DNA of 64,000 nt, from the NCBI GenBank assembly GCA_051294375.1, contig CM119271.1:10543376-10607375 (forward strand), written 5' to 3'. Shown piece by piece: positions 43,856 to 57,100 of this stretch. The notes under the pieces were generated by a model that was not told where the DNA came from, did no database searches, and worked only from the letters and a program-made list of their open reading frames with translations. The position numbers were made by a program, and so were the translations under genes. Source of the DNA: Paraspadella gotoi. Lineage: Eukaryota > Animalia > Chaetognatha. Numbering within the stretch: position 1 is the stretch's first letter; each line of letters begins with the position of its first letter.

Positions 43856-45770
43856 ATCAATTCAAGAGACTAGACGCTTAATCATTGATTTATGTTTCAA
43901 TTTTGTTTAACTAGTAACTAGATCTATTATTATGCTCTCTGTCCCTTACAATAATAATTGTCGATTACCGAGAATAAAAACGGTAATAATTTGCCCTCTC
44001 TCAATTCCGCTCAAATATCCGGTTTTTCCTGTACTTGATGTCGTGATTAATCTTTTGAAAAGTACATATGGATGAGGCAGAATTTGAAGCGAATTGAATA
44101 ATTGGATTGTAAATTAAAATGTAAACCTGTCGCTGTAATGTTCTGGACTAATCTTAGCTAAAGAATCAAAAGTGTTTTATTCAATATTTACCAATTCATT
44201 GCTTATTTCAAGATGTTTCTCTATACTTTAGTCATTTAATGTGTTAATTAATTTAATTAATTTAATTTATTTTACCATTATTGTTATCACTTCTGAAAAG
44301 AATTTGCTAAATACTGCAGCTACGTATGTACTTTTATAATTGTTAACGTTATTTAGGTTGCTGTGTTAGATGCACAGTAGCGATATCTGGAGTATATATC
44401 CTTTTAACTAAGAATTTGATGACTACGGAATAATAAATATTCGTATTTCTTATTCAACATCCACAAGTTATGAAATTACACTATTCTGGTGAAAAATTTC
44501 CAATTTTAAATACTTATTTATAATCTTATATCAAGATCTTCTTGAATTCTCGATTTTTATGCTGGCATAAATTTTGAAAAATGAGTTGTTAAGGAATACC
44601 GCGCTAATACGTACCGAAATCGAGTTTTATTGTTGATCAGAATCGAATCAAAGGTGGAAAACATTTTTAAATTCATAACCATGTGCTTGAAGTAAAAGCT
44701 ATCCAATGACATAAAGCTTTTTCTGGTCATTATCGTTGAAAAATAAGTTAGAATTAAAGGCAATATTGCTAGCTGCTTGTCGTTTTCTGCTGCAATCATA
44801 CTAGAAATTAGACACCTGCAGTTTGTAAGAGAAATTGGTATTGGTGTTGACTTTCGCATAACATTGACCTAATAAAAATGGTTTTTATTCACTATTCAGC
44901 CAAATAAGATACATACTAGGGATACAATGACAAATGACATCCGAAGTAATAAAATATATTTTAAAATTAAATTTCTTTGTTGCAAAATCAATGAAAAAAA
45001 AACACACTGGAACAAGCAACAGACGAGACGTGAAAGTTTTAATTTCTCGATATAATGGATAATCTTTTTGCAACGTTAAGGAAACAATCTGTATCAATGA
45101 ACATATGTTGTTTAATGTTTATTAAACAGTAATTTGTTTATCCGTAACCAGGGATCGATTAGTACGAGAGACTTTTATTCTTTTTTCTGAGGAGGAAGTG
45201 AGGAGAGACTCCTATTGATGAAGAGGAAAAGGACCGGCCTAGTCAATAGAAAGAGGAAGAGGAAGATATCCTCTTCCGTCATGCCGCCGCCGAGGAAAAA
45301 AGAAAATGGACGTCGCCTTCCTGAGCTGATGATAAAATTTGACAATTTCGTTCATTAGAAAAATTGAGAAACAATTATTGTTTATGCGGATAATATGAGT
45401 ATATATGTGCGTGGTGGTTTCTCCTGATCGTCTAAATACATCACGGAAAATGAATTTGACGGAATCGTGGCGCTTTCTAAGATCAGTTTGTCTTTACCGA
45501 TTGAAAAGTAAGGTACAAGATGCTTATTTTTGGTTTCATTTTAGAGAAAGGGTGTAGCGGGTTGGGGGTAGTTATTTATGAAGAATCGTTAAAGCACAAT
45601 TAGCTGTTACTTATTGCGTTTCAATTCTTTTAAGCATTGTTTACAAATTAAACATTTTCAGACCTATATGTAGAACTTTTGATGAGAATTACGATTTGAT
45701 TTGTGATTTCAGATTACCAAAGATTTGCCTTATTGAAGCTCGTACTTTTGATGTCCTGTAATTAAGAACA

Positions 45771-48435
45771 ATGCATATAAAGCACTTGAAAACCATCGTC
45801 CCTCCCCAAGAGGGCGCGGCAAAGATACAAGCTTTGGCTTGGGCACCCAACAGTCAAAAATTAGCCGTCTGTAACGCGGATCGAATCATCTCTCTTTATG
45901 ATGAATACGGCGAACGCAAGGATAAGTTCGCCACGAAGCCCATCGAGGCCAGATTCGGCCGCCGGAGCTATGTAGTGACCGGGCTGGCCTGGTCTCCCGA
46001 CTCTACCAAGCTCGCCGTGGCCCAATCCGACAACATCATCTACGTCTACAAGATCGGCGAAACCTGGGGAGACAAAAAGGTCATCTGCAACAAGTTCGTC
46101 CAGCAAAGCGCCGTCACTTGCATCTGTTGGCCGCCCGATCAACACATCGTCTTCGGTCTCGCCGACGGCAAAGTCCGCATCGCCAATACGAAGAATAACA
46201 AGTCCAACACCGTCTACGGCACGGACTCTTTCACCGTCGCCGTCACCCACAACGTCTCCGGCAAGGGTATCCTCTCCGGACACATGGACGGCACCGTCGT
46301 CCGTTACTTCTTCGACGACGAAGGCAGCGGCGACGCTCAGGGCAAATTGCTCAACCACTCCGTCCCGCCCTACGCGCTCGCCTGGGCGCTCAACTCGATC
46401 GTCATCGGCGGATGCGACCGCAAAGTCGTCGCCTACGGGAGAGACGGAAAAGTCATCCAACAATTCGACTACAGTCGGGATCAGGACGAGAGGGAGTTCA
46501 CTTGCGCAGTTCCCTCGCCCAGCGGACAATCGGTGGTCATGGGATCCTACGACCGTCTGAGGATTTACAATTGGAGTCCTCGCAAGGGTCAGTGGGAAGA
46601 GTCGCGCAGCAAGGATATCCCTTACCTCTATACCATCAGCTGCTTGAGTTGGCGCAAGGACGGATCCAAGCTCGTTTGCGGCACGCTTTGCGGCGGAGTG
46701 GAGACCTTTGACTGCTGCCTCAAGAGAACCATCTACCGCAACAAGTTCGAGATGACCTACGTGGGATTGAGTCAGGTCATCGTGAAGAATCTCTCCACCG
46801 GGTCGCGCGTCGTCCTCAAGTCTCACTACGGTTACGAGATCGACGACGTCAAGATTCTCGGCAAAGATCGATACTTGGTCGCCCACACGACGGACACCCT
46901 CCTCCTCGGCGATCTCCAGACCAACAAGCTCTCCGAGGTTGCCTGGCAACGCAGCGCCGCCGATGCCGCCAAGGAGAAGTTCTACTTCGACAACGACAAC
47001 GTTTGTCTTATCTTTAACGACGGGGAGTTGTCGCTCGTGGAGTACGGCGCCAACGAGATCCTCGGCAGCGTCCGGACGGAGTTCGTCAACCCGCACTTGA
47101 TCTCCGTCCGCATCAACGAGCGGAAAGTCAAAGAGTCGGACGAGAACAAGAAGATGGCGTATCTAGTGGATCTCAAGACAGTCGCCATCTTGGATCTCGT
47201 GTGGGGAATCAACGTCGCCCACGTGACCCACAACCACAAGATCGATTGGTTGGAGCTCAACGAGACGGGGAGGAAGCTGCTGATCAGGGACAAGCAGCTC
47301 AAGCTGTATCTCTACGACATCGCCACGCAGCAGTTGACCACGATGCTGCAGTATTGCTCCTACGTGCAGTGGGTGTTCGGGTCGGACGTAGTGGTGGCGC
47401 AGAATCGCGGGAATCTATGCGTTTGGTACAACATCGACGCCCCGGAACGCGTCACCATGTTCCCCATCAAGGGCGACATCGTGGAGATCGAGCGGGAGAA
47501 AAACCGGACGGAGGTGATCGTGACGGAGAACGTCTCCACCATCTCGTATCGCTTGGATGAAGGCCTCATCGAGTTCGGCACCGCCATCGACGACGGCAAC
47601 TGGAGTCGCGCCGTCAAGTTCCTCGAGGGGCTGGAGATGACGCCGGAGACGGAGGCGATGTGGAAGACGCTCGCCAAGCTGCTCCTCGAGAACAACGAGC
47701 TCGGATTCGCGGAGAGATGCTTCGCCGCTTTGGGCGACGCCGCCAAGTGTCGCTACTTGAGGGAGTTGAATCGGATCGTGGACGAGGAGGATCGATTGGC
47801 GGGGACCAAGACGGGGATCAATCATTATCGAGTCCGCGCTCGGTTGGCCGTGCTGGAGAAGAATTTCAAAGACGCCGAGGATATTTATCTGGAGCAGAAT
47901 TCCGTCGATGAATGCATTCAAATGTACCAAGAGTTGCACATGTGGGACGACGCCATCGCAGTGGCCGAGGCTAAATCCCATCCGAGGTTGGTTTTGGACT
48001 TTTTTTTCAACTGTCGTAAATGGGGAAAAAGCATTGCTTACGTTTAATCAATATCGTTTTGATAAAATAATAATAATAATATTCGTCCAAGTAAATCTGA
48101 TGATTTTTTTCAGATTCTTTCATTATTTTTCTTCATACTATACTATACTATGAAATTGGTACAACCAATATAATAATTATCCATTCATTTAATAAATAAG
48201 CTATCTTGCCCCTGACTTTGGACAGGCTTTGGTGGTTTAAGGCCTCCATCACTCTTACAAGATAATGACATAGCAGGTCCCTGCAAGCTTTCAATCAAGA
48301 CTCTCTCACAGTCCCGTTAATTCACTCCCAGAGTATAGTACTATAGTATACTATAGTATACAAAATAGAAAAATATCGTTTATTTGAAAAATTCTTTAAA
48401 AAAGGAAAAAAATGAATTCCTTTTTAGAAGACTGA

Positions 48436-48481
<46 letters not shown>

Positions 48482-51400
48482 GAAAATGCATAATGAAATG
48501 TAATTAAATTGAAAAACTAACGGAAGTTTTAAATTATATTTAGAAAACTTTTTTCTTTCACCCAAGGTTGGACGAACTCCGTTCCAACTTCTACAAATGG
48601 CTGACGGAATCTTCCCAAGAGGAAAAGGCCGGCGAATTGAAGGAACGTGAAGGGGATTATCTCGGCGCCGTCGATCTCTACCTTCGAGCGGGTCTTCCGG
48701 CGAAAGCGGCGGCTCTGGCCACGACCAGACCAGAAGTCCTTAAACATGACGACGTCGTTCAACGCATCGCGGCCATTCTCATCAAGGGAGAATTCTACGA
48801 ACGCGCCGGCGACCTCTTCGAACACGTCCGCGAAAACGACCAAGCGCTGGAGTGCTATCGCAAAGGCAACTGCTACCGCAAGGCCGTCGATCTGGCTCGG
48901 TCCAAATATCCGCCGAAGGTCGTGAGGCTGGAGGAGGAGTGGGGCGACTACCTCGTCCTCCACAAACAGCTCGACGCGGCCATTAATCATTTCATCGAGG
49001 CCAACGCTCTCGTCAAGGCCGCCGACGCCGCGATTGGCTCTCGCCAATGGCAGAAAGCCGTGCAGATCGTGGAATTGCTGGATCCGGCCACGGCGGAGAA
49101 ATACTTCAAGAAATTGGCCGAACACTACGCGTTCGTGGAGGATTTCGACAACGCGGAGAGATTCTTCGTCGCCGCTGGATGCATCAAGGACGCCATCCAA
49201 ATGTACAACGAAGCCAGTCGCTGGGAAGACGCCCACCGTCTCGCCTCTCGCTGCATGGACGCCAAGGAGGTCTCCGAGCTCTACCAACGCCAGGCGAGGA
49301 AATTGGCTGAAGAAGGTCGATTGAAGGAAGCGGAGCGTCTCTACATCACTGTCCGGGAGCCGGATTCGGCAATCGCCATGTACAAGCGAGCCAAGCAGTA
49401 CGACAACATGATTCGTCTGGTCAAGCAGTATCATCCCGATTTGCTGCAGGATACCTACATCCACGTAGCCAAGGAAGTGGAGAACGAAGGCAAGCACAAG
49501 CAAGCGGAGCACTTTTACATCGAAGGCGGTGATTGGCGCGCCTGCGTCAACATGTACCGTAACGCGGACAACTGGGAAGAGTGCTACCGAGTCGCCAAGA
49601 CTTTCGGCGGGAATTCTGCCTCCAAACAAGTCGCTTATCTTTGGGCCAAGAGCCTCGGCGGCGACTCGGCCGTCAAGTTGCTCAGCAAGTTTGGTCTCCT
49701 CGAGCAGGGAATCGATTATGCGATGGAATCTTATCATTTCGATTTCGCTTTCGAGTTGGCTCGATCCGCGATGACGTCCAAAATGGCCGACATTCATTTC
49801 AAGTACGCCATCTTTCTCGAAGACGAGGGTCGCTTTCGTGAGGCTGAGGCGGAGTTCGTCAAAGCCTCGAAGCCGAAGGAGGCCGTCCTCATGTATGTGC
49901 ATCAGCAAGACTGGGACGCCGCCCAGCGGGTCGCCGAGGAGCACGATCCTAAGTCCATGTCCGACGTGCTTGTTGGTCAGGCGAAGATTGCTTTCGACAA
50001 CAAGGACTTTGCCAAAGGCGAGTCGTATCTGCTCCGCGCTCAGCGGGCCGAACTTTGCATCCAATTGTACAAAGAGCTCAACATGTGGAAGGACGCGTTG
50101 AGAGTGGCCAAGGAGTATTTGCCAACTCAATTGGCGACGACCCAAGCGGAATACGAACGAGAAGCACTCAGCAAAGGCGCTCGCGGAACCGAGGCTCTCA
50201 TGCAGCAAGCCAAAGAGTTTGAGAATACAAATCAGCACGCCAACGCTGCCAAGCTTTACATCAAGATTGCTCTTCAAAGCGACGCGGACGGCAACAAAAA
50301 TAACAGCAACTCGGCCAATCAAGCCGTCGCTTGCATTCTCCGCGCGGTGGATATTACCTGCAAGTTTCTGGAGCCGCAGCACACGACCTCGGTGGTAAAG
50401 ATGGCGGCACCGAAGCTCCTCGCGATGGAGCGCTACACCGAAGCGGCCAAGATCTTTGTCGCTGCAGGAATGGAGAAGGAAGCCGCCGACGCCTTTATAC
50501 AGGGTGGGGATTTTCCCAGAGCGCGGCAGTTGGCGAAAGAGACGGACCCTAAACTGGAGGCTTACGTGGAACAACGTTACAAATCGTCGTTGGTGGCGGC
50601 AGGAAAGGCGGAGGCGTTGGCTACGGTCGACGCCGGCGCCGCCCTCGATCTTTTCGTCGAGAAGGGCGAGTGGGACGAATGCATCGCCACCGCCGAGAAA
50701 CAGGGCTACAAGGTTCTTCACAAATACGTGGCTCTTTACGCGAGCAAGCTGATCAAGGAAGGAAACGTTGAGAAGGCGCTCTCTCTTTACGCCAAGCACG
50801 GTGCTCCGACGAATCCAGAAAATCACAACATCTACAAGCGGTTGGCGCACGAGCTCTTTTTCGCCAAGTCGATGAACAAAGCCTCCGCTTATCAAACGTG
50901 GGCCAATCTCCGCGACGTCCTGCACGACCTCTGTGAGAATTTCGGCAAGAGTTCTGAGAACAACTCGAAGACCCACAAAGAGTTCGAGTCGCTGCTCATC
51001 GTCGCCCACTTTTTCGCCATCCGCTCCGCCTGTCAGAGTCAAAAGGCGTTGGAGGCGCTCGCCGTCAAAGTCACCGTCTCGATGCTGCGCTACACGGAGC
51101 ACATTCCGGCCGACAAGGCCTTCGTGGAAGCCGGCATGGCATGCAAGGCCATCGGATGGGAGAACATGGCTTTCGTCTTCCTCAACCGGTTCCTGGATTT
51201 GCACGAGGCGATCGAGGACGGGAGTCTCGACGCCGTCGACAATTCCGACTTCAAAGACACCGACATTCCCTTCGACGTTCCGCTGCCCGAAAAGCCGCAT
51301 CTCAGCGACGCCGAACACGACGAGATCAAGGAGTGGGTCCTCACCGTCTCGATGGACGCCAAGGTGGAGCAAGTGCTGCCCAAAGACGAGAGAGGAGTCT

Positions 51401-51642
51401 ACGAAGCTTCCCTCGTCGCTCCGGACACGGGCATTCGATCCCTGCCCTGCGTCATTTCCGGATATCCCGTCCTGAGAAACAAGCTGGACTTTCGTCGTCC
51501 CGGCCGCGCCGCCAACAAGGAAGATTGGAACAAGTTTGTGATGGCGATGAAGTCGTCTCACAGTTCGGAATGTCAGGACGTCTGCAAATTTATCGGGCAG
51601 TGGTGCGGAACGTCTCCCAATCCCACTTATAATTTTCAGTGA
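45771..51642 (+). CDS. IFT172: Intraflagellar transport protein 172 (WD40 + TPR-like), 1763 aa, single intron 47987-48566
   Basis: MHIKHLKT…[12 protein letters not shown]…DKFATKP…[11 protein letters not shown]; exons 45771-47986 and 48567-51642 join in frame (5292 nt); C-terminal CVISGYPV…[18 protein letters not shown]. Confidence 0.98.
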
Positions 51643-52051
51643 AAATGGACTAACACGTAGAAAACAGATTCACAAGATCTCACAAACATGTTTTTTTCGT
51701 AATTCACGAAGTGCCATTCCAACGGAATAAAAATTTACATTTTGTAAGAGAATACAAATACAAAGTTATCTTCAAATTACTAATTGTCACGTAATTCGAT
51801 ATTATTGTAACGCAACTGCTAAATGGAGAGTCGCGCTAGTCATTAGTTTATTGTAGCCGAATCCAAATCAACACAATCGAGAGCTTTACTTATCACATTT
51901 TTTCGATCATATTTTCGATTCGCTTTTTGAAACTCAGTTTTCCGTCCAAAGATTTTTATCCCACTTGTGCCAAATTTAATATTTAATTATACTCTCACGT
52001 TTATTTATTTTATTTATTCTCGCACCTTTAAATTTTTTTTAGAAAGGAAAA

Positions 52052-53927
52052 ATGTTAAAACGGGCCTTCGTTCGGTATTTAAGCGTGAAAAACAAATGCC
52101 AAAGATTCGACGTCGAGAACTTTCGTCAAGCCAGATGGCTCTCCACGACTTCGCATTATCGCGCGGGTCACGGAAAACATTGGACGGATTACGACGAGGA
52201 AACCGTCAACGTTCGTCAATTCCAAGATCAAATTATGCACCGGAACCGCGAGATCGCCATCGTGCCGCCCGAGCGTCATCGGTCCGAGTGGCCGAACTGG
52301 AACTACGACGCGGAGATCTTCGCCTTCTGCCATCGGATCGGAGAGACCTTCGACGACGCCTTGCTGAGAAAAGGCGAGTCCGTGAAAAGGAGAGGGGCAG
52401 CCGATTGATTTGGCGAAAGATTTGTTTTAAATCTTTGGATAAATTGGTTATAAATGAATGATGGTTTACCGTTAAGGCTTAAATTCTATAGTTTAATTTG
52501 TGAGGCCGCTCTTTGTTTCACTTGGAGCAACTGACGCCCTTAATTCGTATTGTGATTATTCCCTCAGCCTTGCAGGATTCGTCCATGCAGCGTCTGTCTG
52601 AAAGCATCGGTATCGGCGGCAGCAGGAGCAACGTCGGCAGCGGAGACGGCGAAGAAGTGGTCTCTCGATCCGAAGTCGACGCCAATGACGACCTGGCCGA
52701 GTTGGGACGAAACGTCGCCGCGGAATACATCCACGCTTACATCGGGACTCATTTCCCGAACCTGATGCAAGGTTGAAATCTATTTTTAGATCTTTTCGTA
52801 TTAATTTCAGTTTAAGGTCCATTGTGATCTTTTTCGTATTTTAAAACTAATTACTAATATATACTACTATTTTGAGACTGATTGAGTGTCCTTACGCTTT
52901 TTAAAAAAGATTTCCCGCCCCGCCCCCCGAATTTAACCCCAGAGGGATGCGAAGCCGTCTCCGCATATTTGCTCAACGACACAGTCTCGTCTCACGTCGC
53001 GCGGAATCTTGGAATCGCCGATCTCATCCTCAGCGACAGCGTGAAGCCTCTACCCCGCGTCGTTGCCAAAGCATTTCACGGTTAGGATTACCCTCTCTTT
53101 TCGCACAGCGTGATTTCTTAGAATTGATTTTGTTCTTTTGTTTCAGCGATCATCGGTGCTTTGACCCTTTCTACGACGTTGGAGAGAGCACAACATTTTG
53201 TCCTTGACTTTCTTCTCACGCAACTGGTCGAAAAAGGTGAATTATGCTCATTTGTTTCCGAATATGCAAAGAAAGTTTTTTTTTGTTTTTATATATTTTA
53301 TATAGAGCTCTACTAAATTTTTAGCAATGATTTCAAGTATTTTTGCCATCTTGTTTTTTTACATAAAAAAAAACTAAAAACGCACGGCCAAAACAAAACT
53401 CGATTGATTCCTCAATTCTTAATCAGATATTTTCGAGTTGATCGACTCGTCGGCGATGAATTTCGATCTTCTCAAAAGGATTCTTTTCTTGTCTTCGGGG
53501 GCGACGTTAGAACCGAGACTTATTCGATCAACAGGTTGAGATAAAATGTCAAATAAAATGTCAAATAAAATGTCGGTTGATGATGAACATCCAGAATTGG
53601 TTTATCCTAAGATTTTATAATAACGAATTTTGCTCCTCAGCATCCAGCACGATTCTCTCGCTCTACACGGTCGGCATTTACAGCGACAAGGACCCAAATA
53701 TAAGCGAGGAGACTGAAGTCACGGACCAATCGCCCTCGAAGACGCTCGTCGGCGAGGGCTCTGGCGAGACCGTCGCCGTCGCCGTAGACATGGCGGCCAA
53801 GGACGGACTCCGGCGAATCTTCGGGACCCACTGGGGCTGCAGAACTCTCCTCGGCGACGAAGCCAGAAACGTGCGTTTCCAAAAGAACGAGGAAACTTGG
53901 TCGTTGGCGTCTTTGCCGCAAAGTTGA
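52052..53927 (+). CDS. MRPL44: Mitochondrial ribosomal protein mL44
   Basis: Basic presequence then RSEWPNWNYDAEIFAFCHRIGETF; exons 52052-52373, 52568-52771, 52943-53080, 53147-53236, 53427-53534 (LEPRLIRST), 53641-53927 (YTVGIYSDK…GEGSGETVAVAVDMAAKDGLRRIFG); first intron GC-AG. Confidence 0.9.
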
Positions 53928-54178
53928 ATCAGTCCGTGTCATTTTTATGCCTTTTCGCCCCGTGATTTATTGTTTTACATTATTTTTGTTTTCGTTGATC
54001 CAGATCACGTGATAATAGGAAATAATAGTAAAAAAAAAACCCAAAGTGCCTCTTTTTTTTTTTTTTCATTCGGAAGAGATATGAATCCCGATGAAGGAAA
54101 GCGACGATTCGAAACCGAGTCCCCGCCCTTCCGATTCTCACCTCACCCTCTCCAATCTCTCTTCACACATCGATTAAA

Positions 54179-57100
54179 ATGAGAAGTTCGTCGATGACTT
54201 CGCCGAAATCCCTGAAAACGCCGTCGTCTTCGTTGGGCGCGGCGTCGTCGCCCAAGAGGACCAAGGGTTCCACTGCCTCTTCGCCGTCCAAAGATGGCGG
54301 GAATCATCATCCGACGTTTCCCTTCTCCGGACGGAAGGGGGCGCGGCTGCCGACGCCGACGTCGACGAGGAAGAAGTGGAGTTTCGGCGCCTCCGTCGAT
54401 GTCGACGGAAAAGGGAGCGACGCCGCGGGTAAAGAGATGGGGTTAAAATATTTTTCAGATGGTGCGGGAATTTTTGACTGAAGTCGCCAATTTTTGTTCT
54501 GAACTGAGAATCGATATGTTTTTTGGAAATACATATTTGGCATAATTAAGTATTTTTGAAATTTGTAAAACTTTTTTTTCCATGCTCGTGACAATTACAT
54601 TTTTTAAATTATAGTGATGATTGATGAAGAACAAAAAAATTATCCAAAATTAAAAACTCTTTTCTTTTGTGATGTAAAATTATTTTTTACATTTGTTTTA
54701 ATTAAACTAATGACATCCCACAGGTCCGTCGTCCCCTACTCGCCTTTCATCCCCAAGTTCCAACTCCTTCACAAATCTCATTTCTCGCCTCGCACAAAAC
54801 GTCTCAGTCATGCGCGTCGGTTCTCTCCGCAAATCTCTCTCTCCGCCCAAGCGCAACCGCGGTCGGAGCTTCAGCGAAGGTCCCGTCGAGGAGACCTCGC
54901 CTCCCAAGTCGGTCGCCGAATCGGACGGCTCCTTTCCAGTCCGCTCTTTGCCCCGGGGTCGGCCTGGCCGCTCCTCGCCGGCGCCGCTGGCTTCTCGCTC
55001 TACCTTCAGCTCATTCCCGCTCGACGGCGACCGCGGCGTCTCGGAACTGGACGCTCAGAGCTGGCGGCGTCGGCGAACGAAACCTCTCGCTCAAAACCTC
55101 GACGACGCCTTCGCCGCGGAGAGTCTGCCGCCGTCGACGCCGCGGCCCGAGTCTTCTTCTCACTTCAACGCCTCCTCGCTCAAATCACCGTCCGTCGGGA
55201 AACTCTCGCGAACATCTTCCTTTCAACAGAAGAAAGATCAAATTCGCGCCATCTTGGGAAAGAGTTTCTCTCGCTCCTTCGCCGAGGGCGGGCGGAGAGA
55301 AGGACCGGAGGGTTTCGCGACGGAACTCTTCCTCGCCGTGGAGGCGGAGGACGCAGAGAGAGTTCGCGCGGCGCTGGCGAAGGAGGCGGCGCACGAGGAT
55401 CTTCGCGTCGAGTTCGTCGTCAACAATCAGGGATTCACGCCGCTCGACGTCGCCGTCATGTTGGGCAACCGCGTCGTCGCCAAGTTACTCATCGCCCACG
55501 GAGCGCGAGAGGCGCCAGAGTTCGTGGCGGACCCTTTTTCGCGCAGCAACAAGATCCTCGACATGCTTGAGAGGTGCGAGCGGAAGATCGAACAGTTGAC
55601 GTTGGCTCTCGTGCGGAACGGAGCCGAGGGCAGCGTCTCGCCGGGGGAGGAGGCCAAGCGAGTCGGAGTCGACGAGCGAAACAGCGGACAGGCTTTGGCC
55701 TTTTGGGAACGACAGCGGCGACTATTCGAGAGAATGCAACGGACGTTCCAAGGGGCGGACATTCCCGGCCCGCCGGAATTTGTAAAGCTGGAAGTGGCGG
55801 GCTCCGAATCGTTGATGATAACTATCTCCGAGCCTCGACGGTCGGGTGGTGCGTTGGTCACGATGTACAAAGTGGAGTGGAGCGGATCGTCGGACTTTGA
55901 GACCCTCGAGGGCGAACTCACCGCCTTCGGGGTCGACGATGTCAACGTTAAAATCGGCAGCTTGATTCCCGGTCAATCATATTTCGTCAGGGTCTCGGCG
56001 ATGAATCTCAAGGGTTGCGGACCGGCCAGGGCAGCGGAGCCCTTTTCCGCCGTGCCCTCCAGTTGGAAAGAGGTGTGCCCTGGACGCCGGTGCGAACCCG
56101 GCGACGGACTGTTGAAACTCAACGCTTTGATCGACGAAATTCTCGGCTGCGGTTCTTACTCGTCTCGAGGATTCGACGGCCGCAGCGGGAGAAAGCGAAG
56201 CTTCAAGAACATGTTCGTCGGTAGCAGCAAGATGGTCAAGGGAACGAATCCTCGCAGAGGCTTCTACTTGGCCTGTCTCTTGTACCATGAAAATCTCCTT
56301 CTGGTGACGCCCGACGGGACGCTCCCAATGTGCAAAGTGGACGACGTGGCTCCCAACGGCGGGGCCCTCGTCGGCGACCTCCTCTGGTTTATGAAGGTGG
56401 CGGCGACTTGGGACGACGTCAAGAGTCTCCAACAGGAAATGTCCTGCGCCGGCGAAGAAGTCTCCGATGCTTTGCAGTGGAGAATAAAGCTGATCGACGC
56501 CGCCGTCCTCATGCAGAGTTTTCTGGGGATCAAAAACTTAGGTCAGGTCAACTACACCGTGGAGAGAGATTCCAACGGGGTCGTCGTGCTATTGCTCGTC
56601 AAGAACGTCCTCTACCCGAATGTGTTGCGACCCGGGATCGGCCGCTGGATTCCGCAAGACTTCGTGCTCGACCGGATTTCGACGACGATGGCCGAAGGAT
56701 CGAGCGTTGAGAATCTTATGCGGAAATCCTCGGAGATCGTGCAGGTCCACGGCTCCGTTAAAAAATTGCTTCCTAAAGGATTGCACGTGGGTTACCTAAA
56801 ATTGATAGGCAGCATGGATCAAATCAACATAATCGTTCCGGAAAAACTTCCCAACGTTCCGCCTCACGTCAAAGTCCGAAACAACTCGAACATTTCCAAA
56901 GGAGAATGGCAGCACCTGCTCAGCGGAAATTGCAATAACATTTCTAACTGCAAACGTAACTCGGAATTCTATCGGCAACTCATCGAGTCTATGTGGGAGC
57001 TTCAGCGACTTCTCTCCATCCCCGAGTCGTCCTTCAGAGATCACAGACTCTACACTCGCGAACTGATCGAACTGGACGAAGATCGATCATTGCTCATCGT

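Noticed and set aside
44557-45097. Minus-strand ORFs between U2 and IFT172
   Set aside because: AT-rich, no motifs, unlike the GC-rich codon usage of real exons here.
45160-45170. TAGTACGAGAG resembling the rRNA sarcin-ricin loop
   Set aside because: Only 11 nt match, flanks are not rRNA-like.
48529-51561. 1010-aa minus-strand ORF (and 45861-47096)
   Set aside because: Antisense shadow of GC3-rich IFT172; no recognisable domain.
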